This document shows positions 24,675-36,996 of a stretch of 64,000 bases of DNA, piece by piece. This DNA comes from Tricharina praecox. Lineage: Eukaryota. The DNA is taken from the NCBI RefSeq assembly GCF_024521635.1, contig NW_026250416.1:1-64000 (forward strand), written 5' to 3'. The notes under the pieces are model-generated. The model worked only from the letters and a program-made list of their open reading frames with translations, was not told where the DNA came from and searched no databases. A program made the translations under genes and the position numbers. Position 1 is the first letter of the stretch; each line of letters begins with the position of its first letter.

Positions 24675-25075
24675 ACCAAGCCTACTCATCCCCAAAGTCC
24701 CCAACGAATCACGATGATGTGGGTGTCGAGGGGGCACTTGCTGATTTTTATCTGAAGTATCTCCGTGGGTGAACTAGACGGTGGCATGAGGGTGAAATCT
24801 CGATAATAGATATGCGCCGGATCTTGAAGTGCTAGAATATTGAGCACTCGCAAACGGGAATTCCGAATCAAGCGGGATTGGTGCTGAAATGTTGAGAAAT
24901 TTCTGGACTGTAGTCCGACCACGTCCAGCAGAACAGCAGAGTTTGGACTGAAAGGACTACCTATGTAGAATAACTGCACTGGCTTCGCCGTGCGGGGAGC
25001 CTACCTTGACGTGGGAGTTTGCGTCCTTCTTCGCAATTCCCAAGGCGGTGCATGAGAGCAGCGCTCGTGATAGTC

Positions 25076-25790
25076 CAGACTCCAGCCTGTACAGCTCCAG
25101 CCTGTACAGCTCTCATGTATGGACTGCATTAGTGAGTTCACGAAAGCCAGTCCATCCTAGGCCCACTCAGGTCCTCAGGCTCGCCTGGGCAGCCCGGTGA
25201 GCCTGATGGATCATGGACTGGGACTGGACGGTGGTACAATGTATCCACTCTCCCTACCAAGTAGCCAACCCAAGTGACCCAGCCTACCGTACTACTACGA
25301 TCCCGTGTCGCCTATGTACATACGCTCTCCGGGAGTTCTGATATATGTACCGACAGACTGGATGGACTACCTATTTAACATTCGTCCGCATCCATTGGTA
25401 GTAAATGGGCCTGGAACGACGCAGTCCGTCCCGTCAAGAGTCCAGATCGAAGTATGTGCGGATCGGACCATGAGGAACGTTACACGGGACTAGGTAGTCC
25501 ATGTAGTAAAAAGGTCGATTGACACGCCACTGCTGCATACATACCATGAGCTTGGAAGCCGCTTGTCTGGTCTCGTACAATGGGCCAATGGCCTTCTGAG
25601 CTGAATGATCACGGGATGGACTCCCCGCCCGCCAGATCGCGGGGAAAACATGCCCCCCCTCCTCCAGTGTTCTCCATGGTATACGGTAGTAGTCCGTCCC
25701 ACTTTGGAGGTATGGACGGTATCGGATTATTTCACACAGTATATGACTAAGACTCGGACTGGATGGACGCAGTCGACTGCGCAGCCTGCC
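25076..25790. mobile_element. Probable degenerate GTCC/GGAC-family element (~715 bp)
   Basis: Rich in GGACTGGAC/AGTCCGTCC motifs; shares GCAGTCGACTGC and GTAGTCCGTCC with the 19164 MITE; flanked by TGATAGTC / GGATAGTC (7/8 match, possible TSD); TIRs weak. Confidence 0.45.
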
Positions 25791-28700
25791 GGATAGTCGG
25801 AGTCGTAGTTTCCCTTAACCGCCGCTTTTTGGGTTCCTGCTTCGTAGTCGAGCAACACCAAGTAACCCGGAGGATATCCAATCACGACTCCACAGCATGC
25901 TTGCCCGAAAATCTGACGGGAACAACACCACCGGTATGTATATACGATCCCCTCAATCTCCACATTCTCGATTCGATTCCGTCTTGCAACCGACCGCAGT
26001 TCTTAGCACCGATGGACCGGAGACGGGCTGTCTGGTCTGCTTCCCGCTCGCAATCGGCGGAGGACGGGAGTTAACCTCCCCCGGTCCTGTCCCGCCCCGC
26101 CCGGACGGACTGACCGGCCGAATAAAAAACCGCTCTACCGGCGACTGTCGGAGTTTCGGTGGTTCTGGCTGGTATTATAGGTACCGGCGGACCTGTGCGT
26201 ACATACACACATAATAGTACCAAAAGTCCTCTCCAGAGGCACAATTTCGGAGCTCAGAAACTCCGGAAATCTGGTGTAACTGTAGTTTGTACTCGCGTAC
26301 CCAGTTGAAACATTGAACAGCCCGCCCCGTGGCCCCGGAAATCCGTGCCCGTATTCGGTGTTTTTGTTTTATCGGCTCCACATGAGTGAGTGTGCGCGGA
26401 TGTGGACTGGCATGTGGACTGGCAACCCCCTCCCCCCCCCTCCTGGGTGGCGTGATCGTCTGGGGATCTCGGTTCTAGAGTTGGAGGCAGAGGGGTTGCA
26501 GACGAGACGAGACGAACCTTCGAGCTTCAGGTATGTACGACAAGGTTGGTGAGGTACGGTACTGGTAGTACGAATCGAGGGAGAGGGTCAGATCAAGGCC
26601 CTCCAGTAGGTACCAGGCATGCATAGCGCCCTCCACAACGTGGCTACCTAGCGAATACGGGGAGGGGTTGACTTGACCTTCTACCCTAGAGCCAAAGAGC
26701 ACTCGGTTACGGTAATACGCTCCGTGCTCGTGACATGTGGACTGTGGCTGTTTCGTACTGTCTTGCCGCCGTCTGTACGACAGAATACAGTACTGTTACC
26801 GAACATTCAATCTTACGTAACGGTGCGGTACGATGCAAGCCGCATCGTGGCTTGATGCTGATTCGGATGGCTTTTCTCCAATTGCATGGAATATTCCATT
26901 GCCAGACCTTCCATCCGCACACTTGAATGTGATATGCAGGCTGTGGCATGGCTGCACGAAGGGGGAGCACCTAGCTTGTCGACCTGAGATGTCTCCGTGG
27001 GGGAACCGCAGACGAAGGCCGTATACGGGACTGCGACAGACACTCCATTGCCAGTATGTAGGCCCGCAATACTCGCGAAAGATACGGAACGGCGAGGGGT
27101 TGGCCGGCCAATGACCAGTGGCCGAACAGCATCGCAGCCGACACTTGGCGACAGAGAGATTCCGCTACCAACTAGCAATTACGTTAGCGTTCGCAGCGGC
27201 CATATATAGAGTTGACTCGCTCCCTCAATAGCGAGTGCGAAGCCCCGTCGCCGGAAAAACTTGAGTACAGTTGGATTCGCACGTATACCCGGCATAGCCG
27301 CCTATTATCTGCTTATAGCCGCGCCGCACCGGTTTTACTCCCACTGCCCCCGGGACACATGGATGCGAGATGTGAGATGATTAAGATGTGATGATATAGG
27401 TACTACATGTGCTGCGGTAGATAGTTCGAAAAACTTTTCTGAATGGGAAGTGGGCGAGTGGCGTGTGCATAGAATGCAGGGTGAAGTTCATGGTTCTACT
27501 AGTAGAGCATGAGGTTCGATAGATCTTTCTATTTCTTCTCCTTCTTCTTCTCCTTCTTCTTCGTTTTCTTCCGCTCCCGCTTCCGCTTCTACTTCTACTT
27601 TTGCTTCTACCTCCGCTCTCTCTAATTCATCTGCATCATCTTCACATTCTTCTCCTTCTTCTTCTTCTCCAGGCTAATCAGATCACCTCTCGGACCACTG
27701 AGCGTGATGCATCAGCGTTGTCTTCAAAGGAAGACATAACAAAGACACCTCTGGTGGCACCCACTCCTCGCGCTCTCATTTGCTGCTCGTATCGACCTGT
27801 CAATCCGGGAATCTCGTCACATGAAGAGGACAAAGAGGGTGGAGGGAGACGAAGCTTGATTGCTGCAAAATTAAGCCCCCAAAGTTCCCAAGTCCGAGCG
27901 GTGAGAACATAGAGTACATATGGGACTACCTAGCCTGCCTAACTAAGTACCTGGTTGCCGGGCGCTTCTTGCGGAAGGTGGGGTCCTGCCTCCGGGTGGC
28001 TTGAGTATTTGTACCTGGTGCATTGAATGCAGGACCCTATACTATAGAGCATGATACTAGTAATAATGGTAGTGGGTATCGCTGCACTGAAGCGATATCT
28101 ACCACATACATACGGTACTCTACATAGAAGAAACATGCCTTACAAGTAACCACAACCGCTGCCTGAGTGCTTCCTATTCGGCATATCTACTCTACGTGTG
28201 TTTTACGCACTCTCCTCCTCTCCTCCTCCTCCTGCTCCTCGTATAGGTAAGTACTCAGGCACGCTATCGTGCATGAAATTCTTCAGCATGTGATTCCTCA
28301 GCCTTTTGCCTGAATGTCTGGTTTTTGGTAGATGTGTGCATAGAGTACATCCCGTCACCAAAGCCGGGAGAGCTGAAGCGACTTACACCGAGTGTCCGGA
28401 ACGGGCCAGAGCAGTCGCGACGGCAGATGTGGAAGGAAAAAAAAGCAGATTGACAGCACCGCCGTACGCGGACATAGGTAATACGGTAGCAGGACTGTAG
28501 GAAGCGAATCGGCGGGTATGTGTGTACTACCTACATCATACTCTAGGTATAATTACTCTAGTACCGGGACGGATGACAATTAAACGCTTTCCGCGCCGGT
28601 ATTTCTTCCACGTGTGGCCTGGCTTGGCATGTAGGAAGGTACTTAGGTAGGAGGGTCCTGCGATACGCGAGGAAGTAAAAGGAAATTTGGCCCGAGAACC

Positions 28701-29195
28701 CCGAGTTCATGACGGAATGGATTTTTATGGTAGGCTACATACCTATAGGTACATAGCCTGCCCCATGTCTCTGATCTCGGAGCTCCTGGACCTCCAGATT
28801 CCGCAACTCTGAAAGCCGATCAACCACCCCCTCCCTCTCCCCCCGATCCCCCTATGGTCATCCTATGATGGATGTATTGCTCTAGTATAGGTACTCGCAC
28901 GGAACATTCGGTAGAAATGTCTCACTACCATCGAACTACTTGTAGATTCCTGCCTAAAACGTCACCCTGTGGAAGGAACTGCATAAGAGAGGAATGCAGT
29001 CTCTGAGACTATTAGCAGAGGCATTTTTTACGACTCTCAGGCTGACCGAAGGCTAAAAGGAAGGGATGAACGAAAGCCTGCACCGAAGAAATTCTCAAGA
29101 TTCTCCGAATGTACCAAACGGTGTCTGTTCTCCGAGGCTTGTATGTAGGCAAATACATACCAAGCAATTCTCACTGGGTTATTAGTGGTAATACT

Positions 29196-29318
<123 letters not shown>

Positions 29319-31441
29319 CTGGCACTCTGTGTTCACATCATAGATCCTTCCTCAGCCACGTACCGAACCACTGAACTCGCGATCCGGCCACCAGATGCAC
29401 CTAGAGTAGTATTATGTAGGCATACTGAGACATCGTGGTCATCTCGTGTGACGCTGCTCGCCAGAGCAGTTACTCTGCTCCTTGGCAGGATGGATGGGGG
29501 ATTCTTCAGCTTACGCGTAACGAAATGGATGGATCCGCATGCGTAAGTGTCGGTAGCGGTGTGGGCGGAGCTAGAACGGAATGTCGTTCGTTCGGCAGCA
29601 GCAGCAGCAGCAGCACATGAAGCCCTCTTAGGGGCATAATCTATACGGGCGGGAAGGGAGAAGTGCATCGCAATCGCTCGCCATTGCTCTCGCAGAAGAA
29701 TTCACCTAGACCCCGGATCTGAGAAGAAGGCCGGCGCCGCCCATCGTCGTACTATGCAGGGGAAGGGGCCACGCGAAGGTAAACTTTGACCTTGCTGAAG
29801 ACGATTGGGTGCCTCGAGGGCACCATGGTCACTGTGTCTCACCGGGGGTTGGAGGGGAGGGGAAGGAAGGAAGGGGCTCCCTCGGCGTCCGTGGAACTTT
29901 CCATGCTCTTCGTGAGCTGTACAATGTGTCAGACAGTCAGAGGGGAGATGAATGGCTTCTGCTCGGGCCTCTGGCTGACTGACCTTCCGTCGCAGCGGTA
30001 CCGACCTCACTGGCTGCACGTTTCCCGCTTCCAGCAACCCGAGTGCGTGTGTCTGTACTCTATGAAAACGCACCCAGGATGTCAACCAGGAACTCGGGGT
30101 TCGGTATTCGAAGCTCGACACACCATTGCCTGGGGCACCAGACGTTCATCTTGACCGGCGTGTGCCACAGAGCACACTGCCAGAGTAACTACCTGGATCC
30201 ATAGTTACCGGGCCGGTACTCTAAAGTTGCGAACGCCGAAGCTGCAAGTGCAAGCGCTTCATGCTTGGCTAGTGGGGCAAGTGCGCAGTAGTTGATTAGT
30301 GTGGAGAACTTTACATGCAGGCTGGGTAAAAACTCACTCACCTGCGATTGGAGGTGTTGTCCTAGCGCTCCCCACACGAATGCAAACCTCGGAACTAGGT
30401 GGGAGAAGGGTGTGTGAAGATCATGGGGATCATGGAAAGAACCACTGGGTGATCCACACGATAATCTGATGATTTTCGGTGCGTAAAGCGTCAGAGGCTC
30501 GGACTAGAGTTTGACGAGTACAGACCCACGGGGTTGAGGGTGTTGGGGGGATGGTTTGTGTAGGTTGATCGGCAGCATCGGGGCAGCAGGGAGTCAATTC
30601 CGTAGCCTCTCGTGCGGGCCGTCACAAGTGCCCAAGTAAGCACCTACATACACCGATTTTCGGCCAACCCGATGCGCTATCGCATGTTCGGATGATCTCC
30701 AGACACCCGCCGTTACCACTCTACTCTACTCCGCACGCAGCCACGCTGCCACCGAACGAGCCTCCTTCTCCGCACTGCCCATCTATCTAGTAGCCAGATA
30801 GTACTCCGGACACCGGGTGGCAGCGGTTACGGTGACTCTCTTGGCACTTGCACAGGCCGTGTGCCTGCATCGGCAGCCAAAAGTGCCACATCCACCGTCA
30901 CGGCTCCCAGCAAGGAGCAATCGAGCAGGTACAGCAAGCATTCCGATGCTTCTTCACATTCTGCAGCTATTCGCACACACACATACATAGCCTCTCTCTT
31001 CAGCTCCGCATACGCACTCGCTTATTTAGCATTAGCATGAAACCTGCTTTCACGGAACCCTCTCGGTAAGGATTCTGCTGTCGGAGGGGTTGAAGTCTTA
31101 CAGATTTGCTTTTATTCTCTCAATTTCCCACATCTCCCACCACCCCTCCCCCCCTCCCCCGGCCCGGCGGTGTAGTTCCCCGTAACACATCTTCCCAAGT
31201 ATACCCAGAACCTTTTTTTTCTTTAACATAGGAATCTATGATAAAGACACGCCCTGCAGCACCTCACCATCCCCACACCATCATCCAAGCTACCATCCCC
31301 GTTGAAACGGGCCCCGTCACCACGGTTGCGAGTGTTAGAGTACAGTTCGAAGACGACCGACTCTACACTTCACTATCATAGGTCTTCAGTTATCACCGCC
31401 GGACGGCAGTCCTGATCCCGAGTTCGAGCCGGCAAGAAAAG

Positions 31442-32931
31442 ATGTCAGTCGCACCGGTGGAATGGCCTCCGTACGAGGAGCTCGATCACTCGAATCGACA
31501 GCAGCAGTTCATAATAGTCATCATGTTCTTCACCGTGATTGCGACGGTCTTCGTACTCGGTCGTCTGTACACTAGGTCATTCGTGGTGCGCAGTTTTGGC
31601 AATGGTAGGTCCCTTCAGTTCCCCCTCCCCCACCCTCAATTCTCTGTGTGATGGACTACTAACGATCTTGTCCAGATGATTGGGCAATATTTTTGGCAGC
31701 GGTAAGCTTGAGCCCCAAGTTCACGAAGCTTCGGCTCGAAGAGATGCTGATATTTTCGCTGTGGAAAGATATGCTTGTGGGCAAGCAGTTTGACCAGTGT
31801 AATATGTGAGTACCGACACAACTAGCTTCAAGGCTGTCCATCCGATTCCATTGCTGACATCACGGAATGTAGATGTCCAGCGCGGCCACATTGGATATCA
31901 TGTATGGGACTTCACCTTCGAGCAAGCGAGATGGACGTCGACTCAGAAGGTCTGCACCACGCCACTTACTATCAATCCCGAGATATGTAGCGCTGACGAC
32001 GTCATTCTTCACAGATGGCTATTGCAAATCAGCTACTCTATAATCCAGTTCTGACACTCACCAAAGCCTCGCTGCTTCTCTTCTATCTGCGTCTCAGCAT
32101 CAACGCTGCCTTTCATCACTGGGTATGGGCGACAATGTGGTTCACTGTAGGGCTGGGAATCTCTACCTTCATTGTCGATCTGTTCCAATGCACGCCCGTC
32201 GCCTTCTTCTGGGACCCTTCGATTGTTGGTGGAAAGTGCATCGACCAGTTCTTATTCTACTTCATCACCGCCGGAATCAGTACTGCCACCGACCTCTGGA
32301 TTCTCCTCCTACCTATGCCCATTTTCTGGGGTCTGCAGATTTCCGTCAAGCGGCGTATCATTCTGATTTCCCTCTTCGCACTCGGCTCAGTGTAAGTTTC
32401 CTCTCCTTCATGGCACCCCACCTACAAACAGAACTGATGGCCATTTCCAGCGTCGTCATCATGTCGATTCTCCGTCTCAACGCTCTGCACCGCGTCTTCT
32501 TCCGCACGAACGACCCGACGTACGACGACGTTGTCATATGGTCCAACATGGAACTCTGCCTGGCAGTAGTATGCACCTGCATTCCGGCGTTGCGGCCGCT
32601 GTTCTCCAGGCTCTTCCCTCGCATCTTCAGCTCGGTTGGCCAATCCGCCTACCAGTCCTCTGGCCAGGGCTACGTGGCCGACGGCTCACGCAGCGGTACA
32701 CGAAGGAGAGCAACAGCTCAGAATTTCGGGCTGGAAGAGCTCGGAGTTGCCGACTCCAAGGGCGTCTACGGAACCGGACCGAACAAATCCACTAGCAACG
32801 ACAGCGAGGAGATGATTATTGGAAAGTCCGCGAGCGAACTCACGCAAACTCCTTCACCGAGCGTGGGATTTGATCTGCCCTCACCGGGGCATGCGCACGT
32901 CCGCGATGCTGGCTTCGGGACCGCGCGGTGA
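31442..32931 (+). CDS. PTH11-like (fungal rhodopsin-domain, CFEM-less) integral membrane protein, 386 aa; exons 31442-31604, 31676-31701, 31769-31805, 31873-31949, 32015-32391, 32451-32931
   Basis: Motifs RLYTR..FGNDDW, GYHVWD, LTKASLLLFYLRL, FQCTPVAFFWD...GKC, TDLWILLLPMP, WSNMELCLAVVCTCIPALRPLF; five canonical introns that keep the frame. Confidence 0.95.
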
Positions 32932-35900
32932 GAGTGATGATGTTTTAGGTTGAGCGATTGCATATGTACAAGCTCTGTGTGTTTTGCATGGGAGATGCAG
33001 TGTCAGTGGACACAGACCGGTCTCCCGTCCCGCCTGAGGGGACATGCTGCTCCGGCGTGGTTTAATGACCATTTCCTTTGTCTCTTGGTGTTTTTTTCTT
33101 TGGGATTGATAAGGTACCGACACAGTATTGGGAGCGGTTAATAGCTTTACATAAGTGCTTACATATAAATAATGTGAATGAATTGAAACCATGCAACGTA
33201 ATAACCTTCCGTGCCACACAGGAAATCCCACAGTGTGGGTTACGCGGCCCCAGGAAGCGGGATCGGTGCGGGACGAGCGCAACCGCACCGTTAAGCTATT
33301 GTCCGTCCCGTTCACTTTATTTCACCGGCGGCCTGATATCATCCAATGGGAGGGTTCGACACTGTTTGCAAGGTAAACACCCACTCCCAAGCCCCTCCTC
33401 TCCCTTCCTCCCTTCCTTTCCCACTTCCTACCTCCCTCTCTCACATCCTCCTCTGGTGTAAACCCCTTCCCATATCATCCGCTGCACGGCAAAGAACGGC
33501 AGTTTCAAGGCATCCATCTATCCTAAACGGCTACATATTCAATTTTCCGCACGGACCGTCGTCGTCGTCGTCGCGATGCCGGTTGAATCCCCAGGAACCC
33601 CGGGCCGGTCCGACATCCACACACACACGCGCGCACACACATACACGCACCATCACGACGAAACCATAGCGTTGCGGGCCAATGGATCACGAATCACGAT
33701 CGCTCGTGCCTGATCTACTCTACTCTACTCTAGAGTTGGTACTGCGCTCGCTCGCACATGTCAGTCGGCGTGTGATATGTACCCAGAGTAGGTACCTAGA
33801 GTATGTACCTAGAGAGTGCGGGCGAACGGACGTATCATAGGTATCATACATATCAGCGACGTTTCTTCCTTCCGCCTTCGGCCTTCTACGCGCGATCGAC
33901 TGGGCCATAAAGGGAAGATATGCCAACCTTTACCCACGACGACGGCGACGACGACGACGGCGACGACGAAGCGCCAAACCGTTAGAGTGCGAGTGCGAGT
34001 GCGCGGAAAACCGGAAATATCTCACCGCCGCCGCCGACTGCTTTTTTCTTTCTGTCGTATACCGGTAGATCCCACTACATACTTGCAGTCCGCGCGTTTC
34101 AGCATAAGCAGGTTCCCAGAACATGGTCGTATCTTTGTAAGTACATACATAGACCAAGCGACGCACCACCGTACCGGCGATGACGGACGTTCGAAGGAGG
34201 AGGAGGGCATTTAACCTAGAAATCAGCCCTTTCTTTTCCACCTATCCCACCTTCGCCCCCGTTCCCCCCCCCCCCCCATGCGGGGCCGTGCGGTGCAGGA
34301 TCCAACCCGGCGGTGAGAGGGGAGGGATTCATATGACATCCCGGCAGTTATCCATTTAATCCATTCCTTTGATCTTCTTCTCAAAGCCAGTCTGTGGACT
34401 GTACATATGTATGTAGGTTTGGATGGAGATGCGGTCCCGACATCGACTTCGGCTCTACCGTTTCTCCATGGTGATGGTGGTCTACGGTACCAATGAACTT
34501 GCGCAGCAGCACTGCGGCCGTTTCACCTGCCCGCAGCCGAATCAACACTCACCGACCCACCGTATATAACTGTGTATCTACCTAGATATGTAAGGGATGA
34601 GGCGTGCTGCGTTCCCCCACCAACCAACCGCTGATGACGAGAGCGTCGATGGCTTTTGGCCGTTGAACAAGCATCGCGCGGCAAAAACGTGGGATGGAGT
34701 GGGTACCATGGTCGTGGTGGCGGCGAGAGGATCAAAGCGCGGTCCGTCGGGTTCCGACATATATACCCAGCACTACACCCGGCTCAGGCCTCAAGGATCA
34801 GCCCGTTTCGCACGTTTCATGGCTTTTGAGGCGATCATCGATACGAGGATTCAGGACACAAAGACATAAGTATGCCCTAAAATCTCCACATACGAGGAGA
34901 TGAAAGTGAGAGAGGAAATCCAGCATCTACGGAATACGGTATGAAGAGAGCCCGGAAGGAGAGATCTCATCTCGCTCGGCTTCGGCGGTACCGGTAAAGG
35001 CGACTCCACCTCGACCGGAGGCCAAAGCGGATCGATCTCGAGTGATATCCGGTAGAGTGGGTACTTACTTAGCTGATCGGGGACTTTTCGCCAAGAGTTT
35101 GCGCTTCTTCGTCGTGGTCGTCGGCACGGCAGGTTCGCACGGATGTAAGTCGCCTTTGCCGGTGGAGTCCGGCGCACTGTGCTATGTCTGACTGAGTCAG
35201 CCCCCCCGATCCCGCTCGCCGAAGCATTAGCGCTACTGATTTAAAATATTGCGAGGACGAGGGGATTTGCTGTCACTTCTGTATGGATTTGGTTGTGGAA
35301 TTTCTTTGTCAAAATGTTGTATTGTAGATACCTCTACCGGCCATAACCTTAGGGTTCCATGCTGTATGAATAATCAATCAATCAATCAATGATGCACCGC
35401 CGATAGTAGGATGACTAAAGCTTGTTAGTCAGCCTCTGTATCGAGGCCAACGAACACCGGCACATCACCGGCGCGGCTGAGGAGATGCTCGAAGCACGGA
35501 GATACAAAAGCCAGATTGGTAATAGACGACGACCTGACATAAGCTACATACATGCGGGGAAAATTACCAGGCGTCCATGCCCCACCGCACATGCTCCATA
35601 ACTATGGCGTATATATTCAGGTATGTACATTGCCTTGAAAAGAAATACAAAGAATCAGCGGTTCTCGCATGTGCAATCATTGATTCTCACTCGGAGATGT
35701 TCTTACATCGGTCCGGAAAGTCTCTTAAACTTCTTCGATGCGCCCGGAAAGAACAGCTATCCGCTCACGGTGCTATTGATCCTCTTCTCGCGCGCTCTTT
35801 CTAACGGGAGAAGCCTCAATGGTTCAGCGCCTGGTGTGCCAAAAATAGCTCACCCCAGCCACACTTGATCGCACTCACGTAAGTACTCAGCCCTTTCGCG

Positions 35901-36267
35901 CTGCAGTAGCACCTTGTCCGACCAATGGCTGTTCGTGCAGCAGATGTGCATACCTCTGATGCCATGTCAACCCATCTCAAAAACCTGCCGGTCGCTGCTG
36001 TACAGCGGGCCAGCCAACGAAGACGAATGCATTCCTGCAAACGGGGGGCGCCTGAACTGTCAACTCTTGCATGGTTCTACAGCGCAGTGTTCCCTCAACG
36101 TGGTCAATGGCCAGCCCGGGCCCCGTCAATCGCCCACCACCACCTTATACGTCGACATATAAAAAACCCGTTCCCCTCCCTGGGATCCCCGCAGTGCGAA
36201 AAAAAAATATTCCCGGATTTCTCAAACAGTCAAACTCCCCGCAGCCACACTAACCATCGCACCGCCA

Positions 36268-36996
36268 ATGTCGTCCGCCATACCCCGCTCGTGTCCGCCC
36301 CTGCGACCCGCCCGCTACTCCGCCCCGCCCGCGCCAGTATCACGTGCGTCCGAAAGCAAACTATCGCCGACCTTCAGCCAGCTCGGGCGCTCGAACGCCA
36401 CCACGCGCCGCAGCGTCTCGAATCCCGGCCGCCGCCCGTCGAAGCGCCGACAGCTGCCGCTCGATACGAGTTCCGAGAAGACGTACGCGTGCATGGCGGA
36501 CGAGCTCGCGGCGCTGGTGCAGGCGGCGATCGACGACATCGCGATCGATCGCACGGAGGGATCGGGCGAGGAGGTGCTGGTGGTGGCCGAGAGGAGGTCG
36601 CCGCTGCTCGCGGAGGCGAGGCTGCGGAGGCCGTTCGGTGGGAATCACCACTACGAAGACGGGGAGGGGGATGATTCGTCGCTGCTACTGGCCGATGAGG
36701 AGCAGGAGGAGCAGGAGTACTACAGCCTACATGACTCTCCGTTCTCGGCCGAGCTCGCACCGGAACCACTAGCACCCACGCCCTCGACCACTCGATCGTC
36801 GCCGGTCGCGACGCCCGGCCAGATGAAAGGGGACGATTACTTCCGCGTCGTGGTGGCGTCGTCATCGTCGTTATCAGCTGTAGATGCCGATGCGGCCGGG
36901 TTCGCGGATGCGCTGGATGAGGCCATGCACGACCTCTTGGAGGGCTTTCGGGTGAAACGCGGTCCCACGGGCGCGGGCGCTGTAAATGATTGGTAA
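36268..36996 (+). CDS. Hypothetical protein, 242 aa, intronless; basic N-terminal half and acidic C-terminal half
   Basis: ATG-initiated GC-rich ORF with coding-like third-position bias; TATAAAA about 110 bp upstream; no family recognised. Confidence 0.65.
   Translation: MSSAIPRSCPPLRPARYSAPPAPVSRASESKLSPTFSQLGRSNATTRRSVSNPGRRPSKRRQLPLDTSSEKTYACMADELAALVQAAIDDIAIDRTEGSGEEVLVVAERRSPLLAEARLRRPFGGNHHYEDGEGDDSSLLLADEEQEEQEYYSLHDSPFSAELAPEPLAPTPSTTRSSPVATPGQMKGDDYFRVVVASSSSLSAVDADAAGFADALDEAMHDLLEGFRVKRGPTGAGAVNDW

Noticed and set aside
29702..30154. Intron-like segment and ORFs on the minus strand
   Set aside because: No frame yields a convincing protein after splicing.
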